Program-made: the position numbers and the translations under genes
Shown here: positions 24,961 to 38,602 of the stretch, one piece after another
Layout of the letters: each line of letters begins with the position of its first letter
How positions within the stretch are numbered: position 1 is the first letter of the stretch
The notes under the pieces: model-generated
The model's database searches: none
What the model was told of the DNA's origin: nothing
The model's input: only the letters and a program-made list of their open reading frames with translations
Source: Squalus acanthias
Lineage: Eukaryota
NCBI GenBank assembly: GCA_030390025.1
Contig: CM059432.1
Coordinates: 132,496,001 to 132,560,000, forward strand
DNA length: 64,000 nt
Direction: 5' to 3'

Positions 24961-25057
24961 ATTGAAAGGGGCGAGTGCCTCTGCTAAAACAGCAGACAGA
25001 GGAACGTTGTGCCAATCCATTAACTGTTTGCCCGTTAATATTGACAACAGTATTATT

Positions 25058-25813
25058 GGCCCAGATTTTCCGATCAGAGGCTTCCTGCGTGGCATGCCTC
25101 CAATCTGGAAATAATCTACGAACTTACCTGCTGGCTCTGTAGGTCCCGACACTTCCGATCCTGGGCCTCTCCTGGTGCGCGCGGGCAGAGACCCAGGTAT
25201 CCCAGGGGCGCAGGCGGTTCGCAAGCGTCCCTGGGATCACGTGGGCCATGGGAACCAATCAAAGAAGGGAATCACCCTTCACAATTTTGACAGGTCTCTC
25301 AGCTTAGACCTGTCAAAAGTATGAATGGGGATCACTCAAAAAACACACTAGAACATTACATAATTTTTTTAAAATCACGTATTTAAAATTAGTTAAAATT
25401 ACAACAAATTAAATACTTTAAGCAAAAATTTAATTTTTTGAAAAAAATAATTAAAGTTTTTTACAGAGCTAAAAATAAACTTATCTTTTTTAAAAGTATT
25501 TTAAATTATAAATGAGTGAATTTTTTTTTTACTTTTTTGAACTCTTATGCTGGTAAAAGCAAGCCTTACGCTTTTACCAGGCGTAAGATTTTTAAAGGTT
25601 TTCAGCGGGCGGAGGTTCTGCAGAAAGCGGAACTCTCCACCCGCAGAGGCCCTTCTCCCGAGCAGGTGGATGATCTGTCAAGAGGATTCTTGACAGATCG
25701 CAAGTGCCGGTTTTCAGGGCATGCGCTTCGCATGCCTGAAACCGGCACTTGCAAGGTCCCTACGGGTGTGAACACACCTCGAACACACCCGTAGGCATCG
25801 GAAGATACGGGCC
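25058..25813. mobile_element. Harbinger-type MITE with AT-rich centre
   Basis: TIRs GGCCCAGATTTTCCGAT / ATCGGAAGATACGGGCC, TSD ATT (25055-25057, 25814-25816). Confidence 0.88.
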
Positions 25814-25967
25814 ATTATTACTATATACTATTAGAGCATATTTTCTGATATATATTTTTTAAATTGTTACTATTTACATTTGTATTGACATCAGTTTTTA
25901 ATTGTGTTCTTTGAGCACAGATACAACCACACATGTCAAACTGCAGGTGTCAAATGGCATAAAAGGA

Positions 25968-26240
25968 TGATGTAAAAGATCCCATGCCACTATTCAAAGA
26001 AGAGTAGCAGAGTTCTTCCCGGTGTCCTGGCCAATATTTATCCCTCACCCAACACCACTAAAACAGATTATCAGGTCATTCATCACATTGCTATTTCTGG
26101 GACTTTGCTGTGAGCAGATTGGCTGCCGCGTTTCCTACATTACAACAGTGACTAAAATTTCATTGGCTGTAAAGCACTTTGGGACGTCCTGAGGTCGTGA
26201 TAGGTGCTATATAAATGGAAGGTCTTTCTTCGTTCTTTCT
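25968..26240 (+). mobile_element. Deu-domain SINE fragment
   Basis: gtaaaagatcccatgccactattc... through to the tail. Confidence 0.85.
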
Positions 26241-27544
26241 TACAAGAGCTACATGCAGATTTAGAGAACATTATAGCAGCACCGTCACCGTCTAGAGATG
26301 TTTGTCAGGAAGGCCTGGCTCCTTGAACAACCTTTGTGTAAAATCTCTGTTCAGATTCTGCCATTTTAGCCACTGGGGCAAGTTCACTCTGCAGCGGATC
26401 CTAGATTCCTGCTTCAGTGCAAAATGTCGCAGTTTTATTTTTTTCAATTATTGTTTCCACATAATCTGAAATATCTCTAGGGCAGTGTTGGGCGCACGGA
26501 CCCAGTAATGCAGTACGCAAGATGCAGGCTCTACGAGCTGAACACAGCAACCACGAAAAGCCCAGCACTCGAGCACGAGTGAGACTGTAGTCCACACAGG
26601 TTAACGAGATCAGCTGCATTGAATTTACAGCCTACAAAGTTACGGAATTCAGCCTGATCTTTCTGTAAAACCCCATACTTTACAAGTTTGAGGTCGAGAA
26701 GTACTGAAATGATTTTGTTTCTGTGGAACGAAAAATCTGTTTCTATCAAAGGCTTTTTATGATACCACAAGCAGCACTACTTCGAAAAAAAATCTTAACT
26801 CAGATATACCTATGATAAACCTTCCATCCTAAATTGCTCATTCTCCAGATTTCTTTAAGTTCAGCTTCTTAGAGGCTGCAGTGATTCAATTAGTATTTCT
26901 TCCTTGTAATGGCTTCATTTGATACCTCAATAGGATTAGTGTAAACATTGGGGCCCATGAATGTGCATGTTTGTTAAGACGTTGTAAGGTTATATCTGCA
27001 TGTAGAGGAGGGCCAGATGTAAGCAGTGTCCCAGCCAAAACTCAGTCAGTGTATGCCTGGTATGCAGGGAAAACATTTCCTTTGGGACTGCGTTTCTGAT
27101 GGAAAATTCAGACAACCCAACGATACATTATTGATTTCAATTTAATAAAGGAACAGATGATTATGTGAGTATCAGAACTGACAAAGCTGGTAATTGATAG
27201 GGTTGAATAAAAGGGAAACTTTCATATCATGCATCCCTCCATTAATCTCCATAGAGTTTGAATATTGCAACAAAATCCCATAACCAGTACATTGGTACTG
27301 AGATGCCAATTGCTTTCATATTTTGTGATGCTTCATAGGATTCAATGCACTGAAACTCATAATGGATCTGATAGTCTTTTTCTAACTGAAGGCGGACTTA
27401 AAAAATCTCTACGCTCCTTCGAAATGATTTTTCTTGTCAGTTACATTAAAAGATAAGCAATCTTTTTTTAAGCTGAGAGGAGCTAGATTGTAAAGTGACC
27501 AACAGCCAAAGATATGACGGTATTCTCTCTTTTTCACAGTGTAT

Positions 27545-27907
27545 TCACAGTGCAGTACTGAGGGAGTGCTGCACTGTCGGAGGTGCCGTCTTTCGGATGA
27601 GACGTTAAACCGAGGCCTCGTCTGCTCTCTCAGGCGGACGTAAAAGATCCCATGGCACTATTTCGAAGAAGAGTTAGGGGAGTTATCCCCGGTGTCTTGG
27701 CCCATATTTATCCCTCAACCAACATAACAAAATAACAGATTTTCTTGTCATTATCACATTGCTGTTTGTGGGAGCTTGGCCGCCGCGTTTCCCACATTAC
27801 AACAGCGACTCCACGTCAAAAAAGTACTTCATTGGCTGTAAAGCGCTTTGAGACGTCCGGTGGTCGTGAAAGGCGCTATATAAATGCAAGTCTTTCTTTC
27901 TTTCTTT
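27545..27907 (+). mobile_element. Deu-domain SINE, 5'-truncated
   Basis: ctttcggatgagacgttaaaccgagg...gtaaaagatcccatggcact core and (TTTC)n tail. Confidence 0.9.
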
Positions 27908-29194
27908 TAGTTGTATCCGTGTTGTCACCATGCCCAGAGTAGTTTGTGGAAATTCAAAGACAACGCGTCAAACGCCAACCATTTCTTGCTCGAAGGCCGG
28001 GTTCCCACTTGGAGTTTTCATGTCATCATTCGCAACTATTTTGGATCCTGATATGTGACTTGAACAAGCCGAGACCCTTCTCGCAGCTCTCGTGTCACCT
28101 GCATTACATATGCACTGAAGTCAACATAATTGCCGTGCGTCAATCCCATTTCCTGCCATCAGGTCGACCAAAACACAATGAAATATTGTGAAAGGTGACA
28201 TTAAAAATAAAAATGAATTAAAAAAGAACAAACTCGCATTTATATAGCATCTTTCACGACCTCAGGACATCCAAAAGCGCCCAACAGCCAATGAAGTACT
28301 TTTTGAAGTGGTAATGTAGGAAATATAATTTTTTTTAACTTTTCAAAAAAATTTCAAAACAATTCCTGACTGGGGCACTTCTGAGACTAGCTGCTGAAGT
28401 GTGTTTTTGTTACTTAGCCTTGGTTCCCTGTGTCCTTCCACTCCACCTTCCCTGCACTGTCCTCAGAGCCATGTGCTGGAGGGAGCTGGGAGCCCACACA
28501 GGGACACAACACATGAATGTTTTTGGTGCTAAATCTCAGACTACATTGAGATGGAAGTCCCAATTAAGGCCCACCATCTCAGATGAGTTTTTACATATAA
28601 AAATATTGTATAAGTTATTAAATGCAGGGGATGCACCATTCATGCACATGCAATACTGAAAATAAAGCCAATTATTTTTGAGTGTTCCTTTAAAAGTCAA
28701 GTCCTAGGAATTAAAGAGGTAAAGGATTAGTGGATGTCCTACGAATGCCATATATTTCTAAATCTTTCAGCCACTGTAAGGACAGTTTTATAAATTATCA
28801 TTTTCCCAAACTTTTAGTTCTATAGGTATTGATAGAGATCAATCACTTTGCAACCGAAATAGATCTGTGGCATGAGATAGGGAGGGGAGCAAGTTCAAAA
28901 CAATTACCAAAAGATATGCAATATGATTATGTATATAAGAATATTGTAGTTAAACAAATCTGCATATAACTCACACCTTCATACAGTTTTTATAGCCTCT
29001 AAATGGGTTGGAGCTTTCTGTGGGGTCGTGATCGGGAAGTTACGCACGAAATTACGGCCATTTTGCCAATGTCAACTTATGGCTAAATTTCCTGCCATTC
29101 TCATTAGCACACGGTGGATTGTTGAAATGGACGTAAACAAGCGGAAATCAGCGTAAACAATTGGCGCCCGAGGAGAGCACTGAGCTCACGCTAT

Positions 29195-29887
29195 GGGCGC
29201 GATCTTGCCAGCCCTGGGGAGGCGGGTATGGAGGCGCGACAGGTAGTTAACAGGCAGATAAGAGGATTATCCCCATTTTGCCCACACAAGTGCGGATTTC
29301 CCGAAGGCTGCGAACCCTGCCAGGGTCACCGAGGCGAGTAGTGGGTCTGCGGGGGTCTGCGGGGTGCAAAAGTGCGTTGTGAAGGTAAGTGATGGGTGCA
29401 AGTGTGGAGAGGTGAGTATGTGAGGTAAGTGGAAAGTGTTAGAAAAAGTTTACTTACCTTTGTTTCTTCCTGCAGGCTTCAAGAGTTGGGTATGCGGAGA
29501 GTCTCGCACCTCCGCGGCAGAGATGACAGATGGCTGTTGCATTCTCCAATGCAGCAACCAACTAATTTCTGCAAAAGAAAGAGGTTTGATGAGTCTTGAA
29601 TTCAAGAACTCATCAAACTACAGAGAATGTCAGTGTTTGACAGCTTCACAGGGCTGTCAAACGATGACAATTCATCTGTAAAAAAATTTTGACAGATGAA
29701 ACGTCATACGCTGACGTTCTCTGTAACCGGCTTCCCCTTAATTGGCCTGCTAAGCCTGCTGGGCGAGCTTAACAAGGTCAATCAAGGGAAAATAGCGTGG
29801 GTTGGCCACAAGTCGATGGAGGCGGGACTAAAACCCGACAAGCAGCAGTCCCGCCTCCAACGTGCCCCCATTGACAAAATCGCCCCC
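29195..29887. mobile_element. Harbinger-type MITE
   Basis: Ends GGGCGCGATCTTG / CAAAATCGCCCCC, TSD TAT (29192-29194, 29888-29890). Confidence 0.85.
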
Positions 29888-30175
29888 TATATATTTCTTC
29901 TTTAAAGATGAAAATTAAAGTTTCAAGCCACCCAACCGTCATTCATGCACATCGGGCACAGCGTGTTTAAGAACATCCAATCATGGAAGCTTTTCAATTT
30001 TTAATGTGACTAATGCTGATGCCATAAAAATACATTCAAAGAAACAGAAAATACAGAGCAGTGAGGATAAATTAAAAAGAAATGGCTTAAAAAAATCGCA
30101 AGAAAACGCTAGAGAAGTGACTTTGTTTCCTGCTGCACCTAAAATTCTGAGCTTAATTTTACACTCGTTTTTAAG

Positions 30176-30423
30176 CAGTGTAATTTTAGGAAATTTGCGT
30201 GTGTGGCTCTCTAGCCTAGGGGCGGAGCTATTATAATGAGCCGCAGTGCATTCGGGTGTAGGGATCGATAGACGGGCGTAAATGAGTGAGGAAATTCGGG
30301 AGTGGCGTAATTACATGCGCAGCTCACTTGCACCCGAGTTTCCTCAAACCTTTATGAGGGTATTTGCTTTACACCCCGATTACACATGTCTCTGGGCGCA
30401 AATACACAGGAAATTACACCCCC
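30176..30423. mobile_element. small degenerate MITE
   Basis: GTGTAATTT / AAATTACAC inverted termini around a CpG-richer block. Confidence 0.55.
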
Positions 30424-32189
30424 ATAAAGTGAACACATATACTCTGAACTAAACAAAAAAATTAGACATCAGGTCTCTTCAAACAAACTTTTACAAACAC
30501 AGGATTAAAATCCACACTTTACACTAATTTCTGTTAAAAGTGTTAGGCAACAGAAGCGCTGCTCGCAGACTTGTATGGCATTTTTGGAAACGCAGAATTT
30601 ATTGGAAGCAGTGAATTTTCACATTTTCACAATATTTGGCAATCATCTGGTTTTAAATTAACCCAAATAAACTCCTACTTCTACACTTAAAATGCCACAC
30701 GGAGCAGCAACATTGTGGGATTAGCGCCTGGTTCCTAATCTCATTAACACAAAGAAAGGAATGAGGCAGTGAGCCTCGTACCAATAAATCAAAAACTCTT
30801 TTTTTTATAGAGAAAAAGCAAAGAGCTATGAGCAGACACTTCATGGAGAGCTGAGCGACAATCTTTTTTTAAAATGTCTTTTTGTCAGGCTGATCACACC
30901 CCACTATGGACTATGAATCTCGGCTACAGCATTGTGTAACTTGTGGAAATAAAAGTGAGTCTGGATAGCACTCTGAAGGATCCTTCACCTTTACTTTGCA
31001 GACGTATCAGTAAACTGAAAAATACAACCCACCTGTGAAGCAGGTAATGCGATTCTAACTATATATGTATAAAATGCAATTTTAAATTATGTATATATAT
31101 CTTTAAACACGGTGAACAAAATATCTGTAACGGTTGCATCCCAGATTTTCTTTTAATTATATTTTTCATGACTGAAAAGGCAGCTATTTTTATTCTATAA
31201 ATGTCTCCGTAGTTGAATATGTATTGAAATTCCAATTTCATCAAATGTCAAGGCACTAGTGAACAAGCTAAATTGCATGAGTAATGTAACAGTCTAGTCT
31301 GACCAAGCTGTGCAATGAAAGGCTGAGGAAATTATGATCTCTTATGGTCTTAATCTTTAGAAGGAAACAGTTGAAAAGGGTAAAGATGGAATATTGTGAT
31401 TGCGAAGTAAAAAATAGGTCAGCACTTGCAGCTCTGATCGCTAGAGCATGGAGTTGGAATTTCATGCTACATTAGATAGATTTTAAAACCTAATCTACCT
31501 CCATGAATGTTTTATGGGTAATTTTATGAAGGCACAGATTGCTTGACAACACGGGGACATGAAAACCTACCTGGCAATCAGCAACTTTGTGACCTCTGAG
31601 CGTACGCTAACCCCAGCACGTCTTACTGATCATACATCACTGCACATGGGAGCAACAGTCAGCGCAGCAATTTGATTTTCTTTTCTTTTTAAAAATTATT
31701 CTGCCAGTTCTTCACCGTCCTTTTTGTTGGTGGTTGAGGTAATTCAGATAATGAACACGGCTTCAGCTTTCGGTAGCAGCTCCTTCCAGTTAGACGCCTG
31801 TTCACTCTCTCCCTTTCCACGCTTGCCTAAGCACCCCAGCTGCCAAGGTGCGGAGCCTATGTTTAGTCGAGAATGATGTGACTTGAAACGTACCTTGGGG
31901 TTTTAGTGCGATGGCTGTATTTTGAGCGGAACATCCTCAGCGTTTGTGTCTAGACACTTCAGGTAATAGCCACCCATGGACTGGGAAAGCTACGAAGGAC
32001 ATCCTGTACCCAGAGGGTTAATTATCTGGAACATACAGTTAGAACTTTTGCTTGAATTTCATATTAACGGTCAACTAGTTCTGGTTGTACAGGAGCCATG
32101 TTTCAAGCTGCAATAATGTCCACTAGAGGACGGATTTAAAAAAGTTATGTTAAATGTAATAGATTTTTTTTGTCCAGCTTTAATGAAAA

Positions 32190-32697
32190 TCTTCTTCTTA
32201 GGCAGTCCCTCGGAACCGAGGATGACTTGCTTCCACATTAAAAATGAGTTCTCAGGTGACTGATGAGTCCAATGCGGGACCTACAGTCTCTGTCACAGGT
32301 GGGGCAGACGGTGGTTGAAGGGGCGGGTGGGTGGGGTGCTTAGGTTGACGTGCGCTCCTTGCGCTGCTTGCGCTTGGCTTGCGCTTGCTCCCGGCGAAGA
32401 AACTCGAGGTTTTTCAGCACCTTCCTGGATGCTTCTCCTCCACTTTGTGCGGTCTTGGGCCAGGGATTCCCAGGTGTCGGTGGGGATGTTGCGCTTTTTC
32501 AAGGAGGCTTTGAGGGTGTCCTTGAAGCGTTTCCCCTGGCCACCTGGGGCTCTCTTGCCGTGTCGGAGCTCCGAGTATAGCGCTTGTTTTGGGAGTCTCG
32601 TATCGGGCATGCGGACGCTGTGACCCGTCCCTCGGAGCTGATCGAGCGTGGTCAAAGCTTCGATGCTGGGGATGTTGGCCTGAGCGAGAACGCTGAC
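32190..32697 (-). mobile_element. RTE-clade LINE 3' fragment
   Basis: RMPDTRLPKQALYSEL..GKR..GGQ.KRFKDTLK and (AAG)n tail. Close relative of 33790-34617. Confidence 0.92.
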
Positions 32698-32904
32698 CTC
32701 TCTGAGGAGTGAATGTTACGCAAGTGTTCCCATTAAAGGGACACCAACATCCGGTGAACAAGACCTGTTGCCAGCTTTGTGTAAAATGACCTGCCCAGTG
32801 ATGTGATAATGTTACTGATTCACCCTGCATTTCTGTTGCTGTAACTTTTTCCGACCTAATTGCAAACTAAATTTACAAAAATACTTTTGCAGGAGATGGA
32901 AGAA

Positions 32905-33120
32905 AATCATAGAATCTTACAGCACAGAAGGAGGCCATTCGGCCCATCATGCCTGTGCCGGCTCGTTGAACGAGCTCTCCAATTAGTCCCACTCCCCCTG
33001 CTCTTCCCCCACAGCCCTGCAAATATTTGCTTTTCAAGTATTTATTCAATTCCCTTTTGAAAGTTACTGTTGAAGCTGCTTCCACCAGCTGTTCAGGCAG
33101 TGCATTCCAGATCACAACAA
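32905..33120 (-). mobile_element. CR1 3' end fragment
   Basis: WNALPE..VEA..FKRELNKYL plus 3' UTR. Confidence 0.85.
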
Positions 33121-33198
33121 AAACCCGTTTGCACTGAGGCAGATGCAATGTTCTGAGCCTGCGTCCAAACTGTTGATGTGGCGGGAGAGCCCCTTTAA

Positions 33199-35797
33199 AG
33201 CCGCGATTTTACTAACCTCGGCGGGTCCGTGGCGGGCAATGTTGGTGGCGGGTCCCGACCCAGCTGTTGGCTCTAGCCCGCTCTGTGAAATGACTTTCCG
33301 TTGATGGGATTTGTTAAGCCCGCCCAGCGGGTTTCCCGGCCAATTAGAGAAAGTGGGTCTGGTGACGTCATTTCATGATGCGTCATCAGCCAGTTTCCAT
33401 AAAGGGACCATGGCCAACTTTATCTTGACATTTGTGCTGTCAGTGTTCTACAGCATTGAGGTGCTGCAAACACTGACAAGCACTGCACAGAGGTGCACGG
33501 CTGCACCCAGGCTCTCCCATGACTCCCTCCATATGCTTATGGAGGGAGTCGCAGCACGCAGGGAGGTCCTCTTCCTTTCCAATGGGCGGAAGAGACCTCC
33601 CAAGAGACCTAAACAGCCTGGTTGCACATTGCACATGAGGGCACAAGCAGGGATGTGGTCAGGAGGACCTGGGTTCAGTGGCACAAACATTTCAATTATC
33701 TCAGTAAATCACAAAACGTTACTGCAAAGTCATACTCAACCTCATCCTGCTGTGCCTCTCATCACATCCCCATCACTCTACCTCCCTGATTATCAAAATC
33801 CACGACAAGGCCTTGGACAACGTGGACCACTTTCCATACCTCGGAAGCCTACTGTCAACAAGGGCAGACGTCGACGACGAAGTCCAACACCGCCTTCAGT
33901 GTGCCAGTGCAGCCTTCGGTCGCCTGAGGAAGAGAGTGTTTGAAGACCAGGACCTCAAACCCAGCACTAAGCTCATGGTCTACAGAGCAGCAGTGATACC
34001 CGCCCTGCTGTATGCCTCAGAGACATGGACCATGTACAGCAGGCACCTCAAAGCACTGGCGAGGTACCACCAACGCTGCCTCCGCAAGATCCTGCAAATC
34101 CATTGGCAGGATAGGCACACTATCGTTAGTGTTCTTGCTCAGGCCAACATCCCCAGCATCGAAGCTTTGACCACGCTCGATCAGCTCCGATGGACAGGTC
34201 ACATTGTCCGCATGCCCAATATGAGACTCCCAAAACAAGCGCTCTACTCGGAGCTCCGGCATGGCAAGAGAGCCACAGGTGGGCAGAGGAAATGCTTCAA
34301 GGACACCCTCAAAGCCTCCTTGAAAAAGTGTAACATCCCCACCGACACCTGGGAATCCCTGGCCCAAGACCACACAAAGTGGAGGAGAAGCATCCGGGAA
34401 GGCGCTGAACACCTCGAGTCTCTTCGCCAGGAGCAAGCGGAAGCCGAGCGCAAGCAGCGCAAGCACCCCACCCACCCGCCCCTTCAACCACCGTCTGCCC
34501 CACCTGTGACAGAGACTGTAGGTCCCGCATTGGACTCATCAGTCACCTGGGAACTCATTTTTAATGTGGAAGCAAGTCATCCTCGGTTTCGAGGGACTGC
34601 CTAAGAAGAGAAGAAGACCTTCCCTATCCTACTCCTGCAGATTCTTACTCACACCAACTTACCTTGCACCTCCGCCCATCCCGCTCTCTCTCTATCTACA
34701 TTATCACTTCCCCATCTCACTAGCCACCCCTCACACTCACCCTCATCCTAGTCCAATCATACCAACTAACAACACACAAGGGTACGCACTTGGGTGTTTT
34801 ATGCAATGTTCATGTAAAGTTTCTGTTAATATACTGCCAAACATTGAAACCTTTATTTTCAACAATTTGCATTCTTGGACAGATTTGTGTGCACCTTTGA
34901 AAGTGGCTTAGTGAGTTGCAGTGAATGGTGAGACATAACGGTACCCCCCGCAATGGTGATGAGTGTGAAAGGAATGGCTTGGACATTGTAGGGATGCTTT
35001 ATGGTGTTGGTGTGGGGTGGTGCCAACCTGGCGTCAAGTGAAGTAAATCTGGCTATGGTGAGGCCATTCCTGGCCTCCTGGGCAGCAATGTGCTCAGGTT
35101 CTGATGCCCTCTGTCCTGTGCAGCATCAGGTGATTGCGGAGAAGGTTGGAGTTGTTGTTGGTGCTGCTGGTGTGCCTGGTTTGCTGGTGTTGGGGCTGAT
35201 CATGGTCAGATTCTGAGGACCAAGGTGAGACAGTATAAAGGGTACCCATGCTGATGGAATAGATGGCAGGTGAAGTAGAGATGACAGAAGCGATCTGTCA
35301 ATGGTGAGAGAGATTGTTCCAATGAGGTGACACTGGATGGAGTGTTTGCTCCAAACACTTGCAGCCTGCATAAAACTGAATTTGTCTTCCAAATGGAGTA
35401 AGCAACAGCTTCTGAGCTTGGAACGTGAACATCTGTGAGGTGGGAGCTTTTATAGCACATTTCAAGCTGTGAAGTCATCAGCTGATTCAATGGCCATTCA
35501 ACTCCCGCCTCAGCTTAGCAGACATGATCCCCAAGCAGCGTGGACCCCGTGGGTGAACTGTTAAAGGGATAAGGTAAGGATAAATGTTTTATTAATGATC
35601 TGTCAACAAGGCAATAATCAGCTTAATTGGATCCCCCACTGCTGCGTGTTGGGTCTGCTCAGCGCTGACAGACCCGACATTGGGAAAGGCGCGTGGCGGC
35701 GGGTTGACAGCGGGGTCCCAACCCGCTGTCAAAAAAAACACTTTCCCACCCAACCTGCCACTGATCCCGCCCGCTGACCCCCCAGAAAATTCCGGGC
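33199..35797 (+). mobile_element. non-autonomous Harbinger with Myb/SANT remnant, interrupted by RTE
   Basis: Ends AGCCGCGATTTT / AAAATTCCGGGC, TSD TAA (33196-33198, 35798-35800). Peptide RCTAAPRLSHDSLHMLMEGVAARREVLF resembles the Myb N-terminus. Confidence 0.88.
33790..34617 (+). mobile_element. RTE-clade LINE 3' fragment (ORF 33813..34604)
   Basis: VDHFPYLGS, ASAAFGRL, TKLMVYRA.V.P.LLYASETW, HQRCLRKIL.I.WQD, QLRW.GHIVRM. (AAG)n tail. Confidence 0.95.
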
Positions 35798-36014
35798 TAA
35801 GACTCTATAAGGAATTGATTGGTGCCTGAGCAAATACTTCTTTTATCCAATTATCTCCACTAGATATACATAGGTGACTGGAGCTGTGCCTCAATGAATG
35901 TTTCCTTTAACCTAACATTTGCATGGACAAGACATTAACAGGCTTATGTTGTTAATTTTAACTTTCAGGGATGTGGGAAATTCCCCATGTTGATAATTTC
36001 TGTGAAACGCGATT

Positions 36015-36193
36015 GGGAGTCGTTTTGACTTTGGGCGATAATGTAAGACGGATGATATTGGATCAGCCTGCCGTTACATATATCACTCCCGGTTGTTATT
36101 TCCATTGGAAGTGAGAATCAGGAGAGATGTATAATGGGTGGCTGATCCGATATTGTCTGTCTTAAACTATCGCCCAAGGTCAAAATTACCCCC
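36015..36193. mobile_element. short palindromic MITE
   Basis: TTTTGACTTTGGGCGATA / TATCGCCCAAGGTCAAAA long inverted termini. A more decayed relative lies at about 38383-38541. Confidence 0.75.
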
Positions 36194-37924
36194 ACTGAGA
36201 GCACAAAATTGGATTTGCAATTTATGTTCACGATGACTTTCTCAGTAAATTACTTAATTTAAATGTAATTAAAGATTCATGCCAAACGGGCATACACACT
36301 GCCCGCCTGAGTCTGGCGTTGGGAGGCCCAAACCAATTTCAGGTTCAGGCCTCGCTTGAATGTAGCTGGTGAGCTGTGGGTGGGCGAGAAATCGGCCATC
36401 TCCTGTGCTAAATTGGCTGGCAGAACGTCCCTGGGTCGTGGGGGAAGCTGATGGGGCGGGGCATCCAAAGAAAGAAAGACTTGCATTTCTATCGCGCTTT
36501 TCACGACCTCAGGTTGTCCCAAACCACTTTACAGCCGATGAAGTGTAACCACTGTTGTAATGTAGGAAATTTCACGCGTTTCCCCCCCCCCAATTAAAAC
36601 CCCCCGTCGCCCGTAACTAGAAATGTAACCATAAATTTTTATAACTTAAATCTGTTGTCACCTATAGGCTGAGATCTTAGTCTAAAGATTTAACGTCACA
36701 ACTTCTTGTGTGTTTTTATGTCCTTGAAATATGCAATTTGTACTCTGGATGTTAAGATGTTGTAAGTGAGTCTGTACTTCGGGTCTGTAAGTCAGTCACA
36801 TGCCACATGTCACTCTACCTGTCTTATGTCATCAGCTCCATGTACTGAAATTATAATAATTCTCTCTAATTCTTATTTAATTAAGGAAGCTGCGGTGATG
36901 CTATTTTGCGAAGTATAATTTGTATTGGATTACACCAATCTGTACATTCGTAACTGGGAGGGGTTGGTGACAAATGGCCGATTATTAATGCGCACCCTTT
37001 CTTATGTTATTGTGCTCTTCGGAAGAAATAACTAAGCTGAACTGGGTGATTGCGAGCCAGGCTGGAAGATACAAAGGGACAGTGAAGTTTCAATAACAAA
37101 TCACAGAAAGCCAGCTAGAGGGAATGCTAAAATGTTTAACTCACTATCCTGCAATTGCTGTTGAAATAAATGCCTCTAAAATCTTGAAACTTGGGCGATT
37201 TTCTATTAGTGTGAGCGATCCCATCTCCCGATCCCTGAAATCCAGAATTTCTTGAAGAGACAAATAGATTCACTGGATCAGGAGTTTGCCTTAGTTAAAG
37301 CTACGGGGCTCTGAGCTGCTTTTGTTTCCCTTCTTGATAGTTCTGCTGTCTCACTGATGGAACAGCCACTGTGTTCTACCTCTAAACACAATCTCGTCAG
37401 AAGAGCCTCAAGGATTCCAAGATACATATTACAATATAAGTTTATCTGCGGAACCGTTCACAGTATGTAACTACCCAGCATGAGTCACAGGGGGGCATTT
37501 AACAGGTAGCCAAAGAAAACTGGGCAATCTCCTATATTTACTTCAGCCCAACAAATGCCTGCCATTTTCAGCCTGACACTGTTCTAAAAAGGTTGAAAGA
37601 GGGAGTTGAGGGAAGAGGAGAGACGCTGATTGCAAATATACCTGGAGCCACTGCTCCCTCCCCAGTATTTCCTGCAGTATTTAACAGACTGGAAAGTGCA
37701 ATTATTCCAGACTTGTCTGAACCTGTGCCACCTCGTGGACAACTGCAGTCACTGCCTCTTCCTGCACCCATTGCTTCTCACGCTTAAAAATGAGCACAAA
37801 TGGATAAGCAGTAGTTCCCTGAGACTTGTTCTCCTGAAACAATATAGTTCAAATTTCACATGTTCTTGCTTTTATTTTAAACTTACCGAACACCGATCCT
37901 ATCAGAGCGAAAAGTAATGCCTTA

Positions 37925-38238
37925 ACAGAGAGGTCAATAACCAGGGGGCATAGATTTAAAATAATTGGTAGAAGGATTAGGGGAGCTGAGGAGAAATCTT
38001 TTCACCCAGAGGGTGGGGAGGGTCTGGAACTCACTGCCTGAAAGGGTGGTAGAGGCAGAAACCCTCATCAGGGTTAAAAAGTACTTGGATGTGCACTTGA
38101 AATGCTGTAACCTACAAGACTATGGACCAAGAGCTGGAAAGTGGGATTAGGCTGGATAGCTTATTTTCGACCGGCACAGACACAATGGGCCGAATGGCCT
38201 CCTTCTGTGCCATAAACCTCTATGATTCTATGATTCTA
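37925..38238 (+). mobile_element. CR1 3' end fragment
   Basis: RRNLFTQRVGRVWNSLPERVVEA and (ATTCTATG)n tail. Confidence 0.9.
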
Positions 38239-38602
38239 ATGCTAGAGATTCTACACATGATAAAGCTGTGATACTCTGATATCCTACGACAGGAGGGCCC
38301 AATGTTTGTCTTTGTGGGTCATGACCTGGAAGCTAGAGAGTCAAATATAATGTTTAAATGAAGGTTCCCATTAATTTCCACAGGGAAGATTTGCCACTTG
38401 ACAGTTCAGTCGCCCGTTACGGAATCAGCCCGATTTTCATTCCCATTCATTTCAATGGAAATAAAAAATCAGTTTCTATAACTGGTAGCCGATCCACATC
38501 GCCAGTTCGACGCCCGGGTGGTGTGATGAGAATCTAGTTCCAAATATCTCGCATAGCCGATGCTAAACAGACCCCTGGTGTTTTGAAAGAAACAGAGTTA
38601 AC

